Positions 1 to 12,979 of a stretch of 64,000 nt of DNA are shown here, piece by piece. The position numbers and the translations under genes were made by a program. The stretch is from Octopus vulgaris. Lineage: Eukaryota. The notes beneath the pieces were generated by a model, which saw nothing but the letters and a program-made list of their open reading frames with translations, ran no database searches and was not told the origin of the DNA. Location of the stretch: assembly GCA_951406725.2 (NCBI GenBank), contig OX597814.1, positions 50,034,001-50,098,000 of the forward strand, read 5' to 3'. The first letter of the stretch is position 1; each line of letters opens with the position of its first letter.

Positions 1-984
1 TAATGGAATAACCATCTTTAAATGCAAAATCTTTAAAAACTCTTAGTGCAATTTGTAACTATATATTTATGTGAAAAACATTTCACTCCATATAATGTCA
101 AAGAAGAAATTTATATATAGACCGAATATAGAAGCTGATTACAAATAACATCCAAAATTCTAAATATCATAAAATACTCTGTGACTTGAGGCAAGCTCAT
201 TCGAGTCATTAACTATTGATATTTTAGTTATAAATTTGAATTTTTGAAAATTACGAAGTAAAAAAATATTTATATTATACTAACACAATGTTATTTTAAT
301 GTGTATTGCAGAATCTCTACAATATTTTTTCAAATCAATTTTAGTTTCCGAAATTTGTTTTCCAAAGCTAGATGATTCTATGAATGCGAACATTTCCCGA
401 AGCCCTACTCTCTTCTAAAAGCTAAAGTACCTTCTTTATCTGCAACCCAAATAGATGAAATCAAATTTATTAGATGCAAGGTAGCTAATAAATAATCTAA
501 GGGATTCCTTTTTACTTTTTTCCTACTATTCTGTAGATTGTTGATTTGCTGAATTGTAAGTGCCAGAATGTATACTCGACAAGTTTTATCGTTTGCACTC
601 CATAATCAGTGCTACGTGAAAGCCCAAGAAACCTAATTTTCAAATGATCCAAACCATTTAGCTTTAAATACGTATCTAAGGACACGAAACACTGGTAGAA
701 GAAAAGATGCTACATAAGTAACGAGTATGCCGTCAACCTACAAAAGAAAAAGAATATACTCCGTCAAGCTTAATTGTTTTAGATACCCCAAGAAGAGACA
801 TACTGGCGGCGAGCAAGTCATGCTGCTGTCACATAGAACAAGAACTGAAACTAAGAGGCTTCCTCCTATCTTTAAAAAAGCTATATTACTTACATCTCAT
901 GATCATTGTATCGCTCTATCGAACAGACGGTCGGATGTTATTATACACCACTAGTCATAATGCACTTCTTCGCATTGTTGTTGC

Positions 985-1135
985 TTTCAAACGATATCTT
1001 CTCATTGGCTAGGCGGGCAGGCCAAAATACCCCTAGAACAGAACGCCAGTCCATTGCAGAGTTACCTATTTACAGTTGAGTGGACTGGAGCAACGGGAAA
1101 TGAAGTGTTTTTCATAGGAACACAACGCACCGCCC
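985..1135 (-). mobile_element. Decayed SINE body fragment
   Basis: Minus strand reads gcgttgtgttcc...cacttcatttcccgttgctccagtccactcaactgtaaat, which resembles the + strand remnant near 62980-63060 that follows a B-box-like gtttcgattcc. Confidence 0.45.
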
Positions 1136-1694
1136 ACAATATATTTATATAACAGTATAAAATTGATTTTTAAAAGGCACAGTCGTATTAAAGAAATTTC
1201 TATATCAAAGAATTGATTTGCAATAGCAGGAATAGAAATGAATCCGAAGCGAGGAGGTAAACATGGAAAAATTTGTCTACTAATATTCATAAACTATAGA
1301 ATTATTTTTGTCATTTATATAAACTCTGAACTTCAGCAATTCTCTGATTGTCGGTCTGTATAGATCTCTCTCTCTTTCTCTCTCTCTCTCTCTTCCTATA
1401 AACTGCTTTATCTTAATTTTTTAACTGTTTGATTATACAGCTGATAAAGATAATGTTGAGTGCACGATTTTCAATTAGTTTTCTATCTTTCAGGTATAAG
1501 GTTAGCTTTCGTTTAGTTGGAACCTAACAAATTGAATCCTGAACGATGAAACTGGGAATTGGATAACATAAAAAAATATTCTACATACTATTCTCTGAGG
1601 TCAAGATCGGTGAAACAGAAAAAAAACAACACATTACACATTTTTGAATAAATAATGCTACTAATGCTCATTAAGAATGATTTCCAATTTTTGA

Positions 1695-2240
1695 GGGAGG
1701 GGATTAAGTCGATTACACCGACCCCACTGTTTTACTGGCACTTAATTTATCGACCCCGAAATGATGAAAGGCAAAGTTGATCTCAGTGGAATTCAAACTC
1801 AAAACGTACCGACGGGCGAAATACCTATTTCTTTACTACCCATAAGGGGCTAAACACAGAGAGGACAAACAAGGACAGACAAACGGATTAAGTCGATTAT
1901 ATCGACCCCAGTGCGTAACTGGTACTTATTTAATCGACCCCAAAAGGATGAAAGGCTAAGTCGACCTCGGCGGAATTTGAACTCAGAACGTAGCGGCAGG
2001 CGAAATACCTGCTTCTTTACTACCCACAAGGGGCTAAACACAGTGAGGACAGACAAGGACAGACAAACGGATTAAGTCGATTATATCGACCCCAGTGCGT
2101 AACTGGTACTTATTTAATCGACTCCGACAGGATGAAAGGTAAAGTCGACTTCGGCGGAATTTGAACTCAGAACGTAGCGGCAGACGAAATACCGCTAAGC
2201 ATTTCGTCCAGCATGCTAACGTTTCTGCCAGCTCGCCGCC
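1695..2240 (-). mobile_element. Three head-to-tail copies of tRNA-derived CORE-type SINE (family 1)
   Basis: Units 1695-1825, 1826-2009 and 2010-2240. Only the last has the full head (ggcggcgagctggcagaaacgttagc, B-box gagttcaaattcc). Near-identical to the copy at 12750-12979. Confidence 0.9.
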
Positions 2241-2735
2241 TTCCAAAGCACAATAAGCATATTAAGTAAAAAGTTAACATTAAACAACAAGCGATTTGGT
2301 TTGGAAGAATACGTGATTGAATCCACCCCCAAAAATAGAATTAAAGGATTTAGAGGGACACTCAGGTTGATATTCTACCGATTCTGATATTATTACATAC
2401 CATTATATGAATAAGAATCTCAGAATCGGTACAAATATTTTGTTTCATTTCAATATATTTTTTAGACCCTAGGTGAATAACAAGAAAGGTCATTCCAGAC
2501 AGTGTTTGAATTTACATAACATAAAAACTTACAAGGTAATATATTTCGGTTCCCTACTATTTCTAGCATTCACCACCACTGAAATAAAGGTTTTTGACAT
2601 GGAATTATTATTGATTGGTGAACATATTTCATCTACAAAGTCAATACTGGTGGACTTTGCCCATAGAGTAAAGTTACGTATCTAAATACTGCAAAGTATT
2701 TTCGGTGCCTTTTTTTTTAGAGTATTGGTTTAGAT

Positions 2736-2993
2736 TAGTGGTTCTTCTCAACCGGGGTACACAGGGTCCTTGGAAGGGGGCTGCATATAAGATTTTGTTG
2801 TTAAAAATTATGTGCAGTAAACTGGTTATATTTCTACAGTACACAAAATATTTTAACAAAATATCCATAAAATTCATAATATTTTATAAAAATTTGATAG
2901 TATTTTTTAAACATCGAATTGCCATGGGCAAATACCATAGTAAAATAGGAATCAAAGGGCTTCATAGACAAAAAAATTGGTTGAGAAGCACTG
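2736..2993. mobile_element. Non-autonomous hAT (Charlie/Buster-like) MITE
   Basis: Ends tagtggttcttctcaacc / ggttgagaagcactg form imperfect TIRs. Flanks gtttagat / gtctaaat look like a decayed 8-bp TSD. Confidence 0.7.
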
Positions 2994-4120
2994 GTCTAAA
3001 TGAAGGAGCTATGTGGCAATGGGCCTCACAGGCCTTCTAAAACAGGTTGAGATTGACATTGCTGTTGTTTCTCCTCTACAACTGTATGTAAAAATAAAAT
3101 GTAGTGGAATTCTAGAAAGCCGGTGATCTGAAGTGGAACGACTAGGCGTATGGTTAGTTGCAGGGCCTGGAACATGGACAAAATATAGGTGACAAGAAAA
3201 GGAGTAACAAGTGAATCAGCTAGATTTTCAAGCTAAACAAAGTAATTTTTTCAAAATCAAAATGTCAGGTTACTCCTGTCAATGTGGGATATGTACTATC
3301 ACATTAGTGTCCAATACTCTAGGATTGAATTCTCCTTGAAATTACTTCACTTCATGTAAGCCAATCGCTGCATATATCACGACCTTTTTTTTCCTCTCTT
3401 TTTATAAAGGTATCTTACAGAAATGCGATGTAAAATTTATGCCGCAATAGGAATAGGAAATTAAATGCATATTCAAATATAGTGTGGAAAATAGTTCAGA
3501 CAGGTAATCCTTAGAGAAAGAGAAGAGAGTGAGAATGAAAGAGGAGGAGGGTGAACGAGTGGTAAGGGATAGTGAGGATGTGTAAGTTTAGCAATAAAAC
3601 TCTGATGCAAGATTCTACATTTTGGCTTTTGCTGCGTTGTTTTCTGATCCCATTGCTAAAAGAATGTTGTTATAAAGAGACGGACATTTAGTAAGTATTA
3701 AAACATTTATATGCCTGCAGCAAGTTACTTGCACATCGAAAAGAGCTTTTCCCTTAAGATATATTGAAATATCTAAAATAATTCTCTTACTCAAATGATA
3801 ATTTCTAATTTTGTTAGCCAATACATACATACATATATATATATATTTCAGTAGTGAAGTTGCTGAGTGGAGGGACGTATACGCTTGAACAACGGAAATT
3901 ATGAACATATAAAGTGAAATTGCCGATATATCACCACAATCGCTTGCAATAAACTGAGAATATATATTGTTTTAGAATATTTTACAATAAAATACCCCCA
4001 CCAATGAAATATTCATAATGATATATTTAAACGATATAGACTACGAAAACTGGTTTTATGATTGAAAATTATATATTGTTCACACAAGATAACATTATGC
4101 GATAAAAATAGAAATGCAAG

Positions 4121-4166
4121 GCATATTTGCGTAAATTTGAGTTGTCTTAAATTTACGCAAATATGC
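4121..4166. repeat. Short hairpin palindrome
   Basis: gcatatttgcgtaaattt / aaatttacgcaaatatgc: perfect 18-bp inverted arms around a 10-nt spacer. Confidence 0.85.
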
Positions 4167-4254
4167 TCAACCATATCACTATTTTAAAATATTTGATAAT
4201 ATACAGAAACAACTCCGCGCAAAATTCGTGTATGCGCACGAAGGTGTGTAGCGT

Positions 4255-4976
4255 GTGATCACCGCATTGAGCAAAACAGGGAAAGATGAGCAGAGAATCT
4301 GCATAAAATGTTGCCAAAAGCTTGGTGATATCTGTTCAGAGGCCCACGCAAAGTTTTCGACAACTTTTGATCGTTCTCAACACAATCAAGGTGATCTTGT
4401 GCAACTGGAATCCGAGTGTCTTTTTGGTTAGCTGAAATCAGTTTTGATACAAACTTGGCAGACACACGTCTCATACCAAAATCTTCAATGATAATGAATT
4501 AAACTGAACTGTAATTAATCTGCAAATCCTCTGATAACTCACGGATGGTGATTCGACGATTTCCCCTCACAGCTGCATGCACGTATATGATGTTTTTTCT
4601 CAGTTCTGATGCTTGCGAGTCGCCCAGAAAGTTCGTCAATGTCGACATTTTTTTGGCCATCTCGGAAACATTTGAGCCACTGGTACACTTGTGTGCCCCT
4701 CATAAATTCCTCTCTATACACTTCCTGCAACATTGCATAGGTCTCTGGGCAGATATCACCATAACAAATCTCTTTATAATTGTCAATGAGATGATCACAC
4801 GCTGCAAACCTTCCTTCCAAGCACTGCTATAAACAGCGGAAGTAAGCTAGGACGTAAAAACTTAGTTCACATGTACAGTGGAGTTCAAGGTCAATCTGTG
4901 CCAAGCGGCTTTATTCTACGTGCTTTAGCTTTGTTACTATAGCAACAGTCCAGATACTTATTGATCAGACATCGTA
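4255..4976 (-). mobile_element. Tc1/mariner relic: 5' TIR plus frameshifted N-terminal transposase
   Basis: Peptides ETYAMLQEVY..TQVYQWLKCFRDGQKNVDIDELSGR (HTH region) and MRRVSAKFVSKLIS (WVPHEL-equivalent). TIR-like tacgatgtctgatcaataagtatctggact ends at TA. Confidence 0.85.
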
Positions 4977-6066
4977 TATATATACATAAACATATGTATG
5001 TTTATACATATATGTATATATAGATACATCCATACATATATAATAGACACATATTATGTATGTATGTATGTATGTATGTATGTATGTATGTATGTATGTA
5101 TGAATGTATGTATGTATATATGTATGTATGTATGTATGTATGCATCTATGTATGTACGAATTTTGTGCATGCGTGTATCTGTATATTAGCCAACTCTCTA
5201 AAACTGCGATGACAGATATCACTGACGCTTGTGACCATCAATGTTTTGTTTATATTTCAGTCAATATTTTCAATAGTAATTACTATATTTAACGAATTAT
5301 ATACTAATTGTTAAAGAATAGTATATTTGAAGGTAAACTGTGCTCAAAATAGTATATAATTTTGATCAAAGACGTCATTAAAAATAATTAGCATAAGTTT
5401 TTCTGAATGATTGCACATAAAATTATTCACAATAATGATTGTCAATAAAACGCAAGTCTTTTTGGCTATTTTTGGACGGTATTTGCACACTAATACGGAT
5501 ATCTATCTTCATTGAAACTAGTTGTAAATGCAGAAAAGTCACGTTAAGGATACTGTAGTCGATTTTGAATGCACTGTAATTCCCTTAACAAGATGGCTTA
5601 AATTATACAGCAGACTACCTGCTATTTTGTTGTGATTCTATTGACAACCCATTTCCAGAAAAATCAAATAAAATTACATAAAATATTTTCTATGTAGTGC
5701 TTGGATGCAGCAGAGCAATTTTTATAGGAAGTAGATAGTATTCTTTTCAATAGGCGCGTTGTGCCAATGTAGTGGAAGACAAACGCTATAATTGGACACA
5801 TGTCATGATCATGTGAGGCTTCAAAATGATTATATCTTAGGGTAACATGATTGTAAAATAACAGGTAGTTTGTTTCAATAAGTAAAGTCAGGTGCTACCC
5901 AGGAATTCAAAATGCCTAAAGATCTGTTACTCTTTTTCATCGAAGTGTGGCTTGACGTAAGAAGACGGTAGAAGCTCATAGGTGAATGAGTTAATATAAT
6001 GTAGAATAAGCTACTTTGTCATATAGTGTTATACGCGTTATTACATGTATGTATATATACGTGCAC

Positions 6067-6340
6067 ATGTATGTATGTATGTATGTATGTATGTATGTAT
6101 GTATGTATGTATGTATGTATGTATGTGTGTGTGCGTGCGTGTGTGTGCGTGTGTGTGTGTGTACGTGTGAGTGTGATCTTTCTGATGACAGTTTCAATGT
6201 TCAACTATCAAATTGCAAGTTATAGAGATAGTTTTAAAGGTTAAACATAAACTCGTATGTATGTATGTATGTATGTATGTATGTATGTATGTATGTATGT
6301 ATGTATGTATGTATGTATGTGTGTGTGTATGTATGTATGT
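6067..6340. repeat. (TATG)n/(TG)n compound microsatellites; similar array at 5055-5160
   Basis: Direct reading. Confidence 0.95.
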
Positions 6341-7563
6341 TACATGTGCGTTTGTCCTGATTGGCTGTCATGAGTTTATTTCTTGAAATCTTTGACGCCT
6401 GATTGCTAGCAAGTTTGCAGGGCTTGTTCTTTCCGTCGTTGTTCAGTCATTCACCTTTTAAATTTCAAGAAGACCTTGAACATTTTTGTACTTCACATTT
6501 CATGAGCATCTGTAGCGCGTTTAGTTATGGTGCTACATTCTTTCTTAGAAACTCAATAGTCAACCATACCATGACCTAAGCAAGTTGCTACACATGCAGC
6601 TGTTCAAATAATATTAAGCATAAAGCTGTTAAGTCTATGCTGGTTACTGTACAAGCAGACTCATGGTTTTCTTTCTAAAGACTGTTATCTCTGCTATAAA
6701 AGATGATAATTTTTTAACTATATCTCCCTATAAGAACTGGTCCTACGCTTACCTGTCATTTTTAGGACTGTTTCGAGAACAGTGTTATTAATTTCATATA
6801 ATTTTTATCAAACACGTTTGTCGCAGTTCTGTTTAATATTTCCCATTCAGAGAAAGAATTTGTTAAACTTAACACTTCTTCCCCGCATAGACCTCCAGTA
6901 GATTTAAACTTGTTCTGGTGGGACGTATTTCATACTGAGTATTGCACATTAACTTGTCCCTCCATGAATTTTTACCCACGTCTAGTGCTGGTTGTTTTGA
7001 TATTCTTCAGACGTTTTATTCTTTGCGTTCTTTTCAAAACCAAAACATTTGGTCACAAATTGTACAGATATCTCATATAACTGTTTGTAAAGTTCGTAAT
7101 TCCATTGTATAATGCGGTAATAGTCTCGACTGGGACGAAAGAGACTAATAATTTTAATCATGACCAATTCGTCTATTTACTACTAATGTATATTTAATTT
7201 TAAATAGTTAATGACGCTCTTTAAATGTACCGATAAATTTTAATCGTGATTGAATTTAAAGTTATTCACAACTTGAGATTTCTTTTGTTTAAAATTATTT
7301 AGATTCTACACTTCTGTCAGAGAGTATATAACTAGTTACTTTACAACATATTGAAAGTGTCTCTGAATTACTTTTTGGGGTATGTGTTCATAGATGTACA
7401 TTACAATAGATGTAATATGTAATTTTGGAGATGTACTTGCATAGCAAGTGACCTGATCTGAGATCGTGTGCTGGAACGAAAGCAATTGCAGCGTGGAAGG
7501 TGTTTATAAGCCATTTAAGAAACACACAAAAACCGTTAGACTTACTTCAACATTTAAATTTAA

Positions 7564-7614
7564 TTTGTCAAAATATTTTCGTCGCTTTGAGACCGCGACC
7601 TGTTCACTGACAAA
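7564..7614 (-). ncRNA. Minimal type I hammerhead ribozyme motif with G3-C8 variant core
   Basis: Minus strand: UUUGUCA-GUGAACA-G-GUCGC(ggucucaaa)GCGAC-GAAA-AUAU-UU-UGACAAA. 7-bp stem I, 5-bp stem II, palindromic stem III AAUAUU. Confidence 0.7.
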
Positions 7615-8080
7615 ACTTCGTGCTGCAATGTTGTGTAGAAAAATTTGTATGCTATCTTAAACAGTAACTAAATTTTTCCACAGTATTGTATGCTGCCTTC
7701 AGACAAACAGTAATTACATAAGTCCGAATATCGCACTGGCCATTACGGTCACCGTGTTTAAATGTATATATGAATGAATCTATATATGTACAGCTATATC
7801 TTTACACATTTATGCGTGCAAGTATGAGAACATTAGTGCATATGAGTCATCATGTATGCGTACGTGCAATCATTTCTAGATTTGGCGGTAAAAGTTAGCT
7901 TGCTTGCTTGCTTTGTTCTTTCTTTTGAAAACCCCTGCATTTCTAAATGATAATGTAATTTGTTGAAGCACACCCTAGTACACCTGTAATTTTAAGTAGA
8001 AGAAAAAAGAATACATACATATTGATAAAAATGGTAAGAAAAACAAAAGAAAATATTAAGTAAATAGAGGAATTTATCTG

Positions 8081-8267
8081 TAAATGTAATATGTGGCAAT
8101 TATTTGGTAGTCATGATAAAACTGCGAGTTTCGGATGCCGGGTGGAATTCCACGCCACCATCTCTTCAGTTACGAATAACTGAAGAGATGGTGGCGTGGA
8201 TTTCCACCTCGGCATCTGAAACTCGCAGTTTTATCATGACTACCGAATAATTGTCTTTACATATTAC

Positions 8268-8272
<5 letters not shown>
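8081..8272. repeat. Fold-back palindrome (~95-bp arms) with a hammerhead-like motif in each arm
   Basis: Centre cagttacgaataactg. Plus arm 8176-8234: AUAA-CUGAAGA-GAUG..CAUC-U-GAAACU(cgc)AGU-U-UUAU. Confidence 0.85.
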
Positions 8273-8322
<50 letters not shown>

Positions 8323-11300
8323 TATATAGGATACAGTATATATATATATACGTATGTATGTATGTATGTATGTTTTTTGTGTGTATATATATAGAAATTT
8401 ATTTATGTATTTATGTATACATGATGAAATTGTTTCAAAATGGAAAGGTTATACGAACAAATCAATGTTACAAATAGTGAAACCAGTAAATTTAAATACG
8501 TACTTAAAATTAAACTGAGAACAGCATTTCAATAAGTTTATAAACAATGTAAAAGCTTTTGGGTTGTTACGTTACGTTGGGTGACTGTTTTTTTCTCGCA
8601 GTAGAAAGTATATTGCATCACAAAAGGTTATTTTCCAGCCGTAGGCTGCGTGAGAGAACTGAAAAGAATTAGGATGATGGGTGATAAATAAAATTAACCG
8701 ATATTTAAGACGAAGGATAAGATTTATATATTTTCCAGACAGGTAGTTAACTTTCTTAACAAGAGAGGTACACGGTGTCAGCAGGGAACATTCATAAAAT
8801 GATTCTATGTAGGTTCTAATTTCCATATAACAATAAATAATTATTCTATTGGAAATCAGGAACCAGATTTTAAATGAAGGTGATAAAATTTCGAGATGTT
8901 TTAAATCCTTGCTGTTATCATTCTTGAGTCTAAATGTTGTTATTATTGTTAATGTGTTCTGTTACTTGAATTAGCAAAGAACTATGCTAATCACTATATC
9001 ATTTGTTTTATTAAGCAAAACCGTACTCTTAGATCCCTTTGGAAATGTGCATAAATTGTTAGTGTAGTGTATGTAAAGAAAAACTTTTTAGAGTAGAATT
9101 ACTAGCTCAATTGAAATGTTTGATTTCTTGTACCTTTAGAAAAATATAAATAAATTTGGTGTAGAGTTACGTTATACGTTGTTATACCACCCATGATATT
9201 GTTGTTTAAACTGAGGTTGAAGCTGGCTGAGCAAATCTATGCGTGAAGGCGTTATGGCCATGACTACCAAATTTTATTTTCATACGTAATATATTTAGGC
9301 ATACATTATTCTATGTATCCTCTCCTTTTTAAGATGGATAAGTTTCGATTGCCAGCTATGTTTACAAAGTCGACTACATAGAGACTGTTGCCGGCTCGTA
9401 AAACCCGTCAGTTTTCAAATGTAAAAGATGCAAAATAGCACAGCTGCATTCGTTAATTAAAACAAAGCAGTGAACTCGTTTAACTGGTAGTTTGTTTTAT
9501 ATCGATCGAGGTTTGTTACAGGAAGAATGACATTTGCCATTAAAAATAAATTCCGCAATCTTTATTTCATTTGGCCGCTGACAAAGACGTCATCTTGTGG
9601 TGTGTCTTAATGGTTGGTCAGCAGAGTAGTACTGATGAACTGCAATCTCAGGTATGCAGTGTAGGAATCGAAATATTTCGATATGGAATCGAAATAATGT
9701 CGCAGAATCGACTAACCAGAATTTTACCTCCTCTGCGGCGTTCATACAACAACTACAATTCCGGCATTTAAGCTATTACAATGTAATTTATCTACTTCCA
9801 TCATAAAAGATATTTACTTGTTCATATAAAATTACATCGATTGTAAATTGATCCCAAATATTAGGCGTGTTTCAACACAGCTATCTTTCTGCTTCTATAT
9901 TCATGTCTATAGACACCTCTATACGTTATTTTTGATGCAAACGAGGTAATTTGTTATTATGCGCATATTCAACTTCTGTTAGGCTGCAATTAGTCGTGTA
10001 TTATTTCCCCTGTTGATGTAAGATCTCTCCAACACAGTCAAATTTTCGTCTGTCGTAATGTAATGAACGCATCTTGAAACATCATTTTCTGCAGAAGCCT
10101 CGCTGTTTTAGACTAATTTTGTTTCTTTGTTAGTTTTTGTGTAGGGATATTTTGTTTCCCAGGAGCAACACTCGATACTAAATAAATAAAAATAATGAGC
10201 AACGATGAAATTAAATATATAAATAAAAGAAATTATAAAAAGAAATAAAATGAATGAAACAAGACAGTAAATACTTAATTTCAGAAATACATTTTTTGAC
10301 TTATTTGTTTTGAAAGCATTTAGAAATAATAAAGTTTTCATTTATTTAAAAATGTAATTGTTTATAACAACTAGCATTTAATGTTATATTTTTTTGTTGA
10401 TTGAAGTTATAATGAAAAATACTCGTGGCGTGGTCGTTCAGAACTCACATTTGTAGTAGGAAACCATATTTTAGAATTTATAGTTAAATATTCTGCTATG
10501 TGGTGTAGGAGAAATTTGATGTTCATGCATCCCCCAACATAACGTACAGGTAATGGAATTGCTTCAATCAAGGATCAAAATTGCACCAAGGTCTTAAGTA
10601 TATTCGAAACATAATTCTGGTTCTATGTTACCCACTGCAAAACTAAAAGATAACTAGAACTTGAATCCTACAATAATAAAGGAAGACAACTGGCTGGTCT
10701 TTCGTGATAAGAGTTATAATAAATGGAAGGTAGATCCGATCTATATTTTCTAAGAAATTCTGGCAACTTTTTTCCGAGAGTTAGTAGAAATAAAAGGATG
10801 TTGTGGAATTATAAAGTTCTCATTCTTAGACCACACTTAAAACAAGCGTTCAGGCAATGCAAAGGAACTGATATCTGAAGTATTGAGTAAGATTATATCA
10901 TACCGATTCCTTCAAAGAAGCACATAGGCCCCATATCTTGTAATAAGGTTATCAATAAGTTGACTTGGCTTCAAATAGAAATTGAAACCACTTAGTTGGA
11001 CGCTTACTTCTTCCTCCCTCTCTTCCCTCTATTATTTAATCCAGTGCATAATTCTTCAATTATCACATGCGATTGCTTTGAATTTCCGCCTCTAAGATCT
11101 CCAAAATAAGAATAATATTGATTTTATCGATTATAATCTTTAACCCACAAAAATAAAACAATAAGAAGAAATCTTTAAATCATTACATCAACTTAATTAA
11201 TGAAGATCTAGAATAACTTTTCTCGACGGCCACAGTCTTGCTATTTGTTTATTGCTGACTATAGCGGATCTTCGGGGGTCAAGCATGTCTCATGATGTAA

Positions 11301-12749
11301 TTTTCTCACCAAAATATTCATTTCTTTCAGTTTGAAACAAAGCCAAGTTTTGCTGCGGAAGCGTTTAGTTACTGATTGACATCAGTATACATTTGAGCTC
11401 TATTTTGTCAACAGTGGTCCATCAAAAAGTTTTACTGAATAGTTTTTAGGAAATATTGACATATGTATATGCACCTAAATTCCAAACGGAAACGAAGAGA
11501 GAAATGAAAACAAAGGACATTCAGTTCTCACATAATAGCATTAGCAGCATACAGTTACCGAACCTGAGTCACTGATTCAACTTTTCTTTAGTAAAACTCG
11601 TCTTCATTTGAGACATGGGTAAATAAAACTGAAATCTCGAACTGATCAAATATTTGATTATATAACCATTATATAGCTGGCGTCCAGAAATACGTGCATT
11701 ATAGCAGTACTACCTCGTTTTAGTTTAACACTTTTTAAATAAAACATCTAGATACGGATCTTCAACTAAATTAGATGTCTGGTGAAATATCATATGGCCA
11801 ACTCGGTGAGAAACTCCTTCTTACTAGTTCCGCTTATCAAAATATCTCCACATGATAGCTGACAGACCATGCACTTTGCTGCATTTCATTGACCCCTCAC
11901 TGTGATTTACTGTACCTTGCTACTGCGTGATAATTAAGAATCGAGCAGTTTCTTTAGAATCTAAATCGAAATCATCATTTCGACCTTTACTATCATCACC
12001 GAACTTTGCTATTATTATTTGTCTCTGTTGGAGACTCGTTGTTTTTAAAACCAACCAGTGTTCATGATATCACTTCGTCAATTGGATTTCTTTTTCTTCA
12101 GTTTTCAGAAATAATTAAAATATAAGATAAACTTGATTTTAATCCAACGTACACACGAACACTTCCATATGTGCTCGAAGAAACACACACACACACACGC
12201 ACGCACGTACACACACACAAATACCTACACATGCGCGCACAATTTATTAATATCTTTTCAATATCTTTATGTTATCACATTGCAGAGAAGTCAATACTTA
12301 ATGGAGAATGTATTATACACACGCACGCACACCCACATATGCGCGTCTGTGAGTGTGTTTGTGTGTGTGTGTGTGTGTCGTTCCGAGAACTCAATAAGAT
12401 ATTGCATAAGCAATCAGCACTGAGTGAAATGATTCTTACAGAAGAAACAGGTGTGAGCTAATGAAGGTAAATCCTGTTCTTTTGTCAGTCGTACACCGAC
12501 ATTACATCTGTATTTTTCTGGTGCTTTACTCTGAAGCATCTGGAAAATATTTTCTGCAGTATAAGTACATATCAAAACAAATGATTAATTTTTTTTTTGC
12601 CATTATTTATTCACCATTACACTTGTTTCATTGTGCGCAAAAGCGTACATGTAGGAGAAACATCTATGATGTCTCCTACACGTGCAATTTTTCAACTGCT
12701 ATTAACAACTGGTGCGCACGTGAGAGCGTGTGATAGATGTTATGTTTTA

Positions 12750-12979
12750 GGCGGCGACTGGCAGAAACGTTAGCACGTCGGATGAAATGCCTAGCGGTAT
12801 TTCATCTGCCGCTACGTTCTGAGTTCAAATTCCGCCGAGGTCGACTTTGCCTTTCATCCTTTCGGGGTCGATTAAATAAGTACCAGTTACGCACTGGGGT
12901 CGATATAATCGACTTAATCCGTTTGTCTGTCCTTGTTTGTCCCCTCTGTGTTTAGCCCCTTGTGGGCAGTAAAGAAATA
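12750..12979 (+). mobile_element. Full-length young tRNA-derived SINE (family 1) with TSD
   Basis: A-box/B-box head, core gcctttcatcctttcggggtcgattaaataagtaccag, flanking gttatgttt at 12739-12747 and 12980-12988. Confidence 0.92.

Noticed and set aside
1850-2246. Repeated similar short ORFs (also 12737-12955)
   Set aside because: Incidental frames across SINE copies.
6752-7130. Possible minus-strand exon (cccag acceptor, gtaagc donor)
   Set aside because: All three frames contain stops and no recognisable domain; a non-coding exon cannot be excluded without RNA data.
9630-9682. CTGATGA-ACTGCA..TGCAGT..GAAATATTTC hammerhead-like match (weaker one at ~16229-16275)
   Set aside because: Nine extra bases separate stem II from GAAA and no stem I is evident; likely chance.
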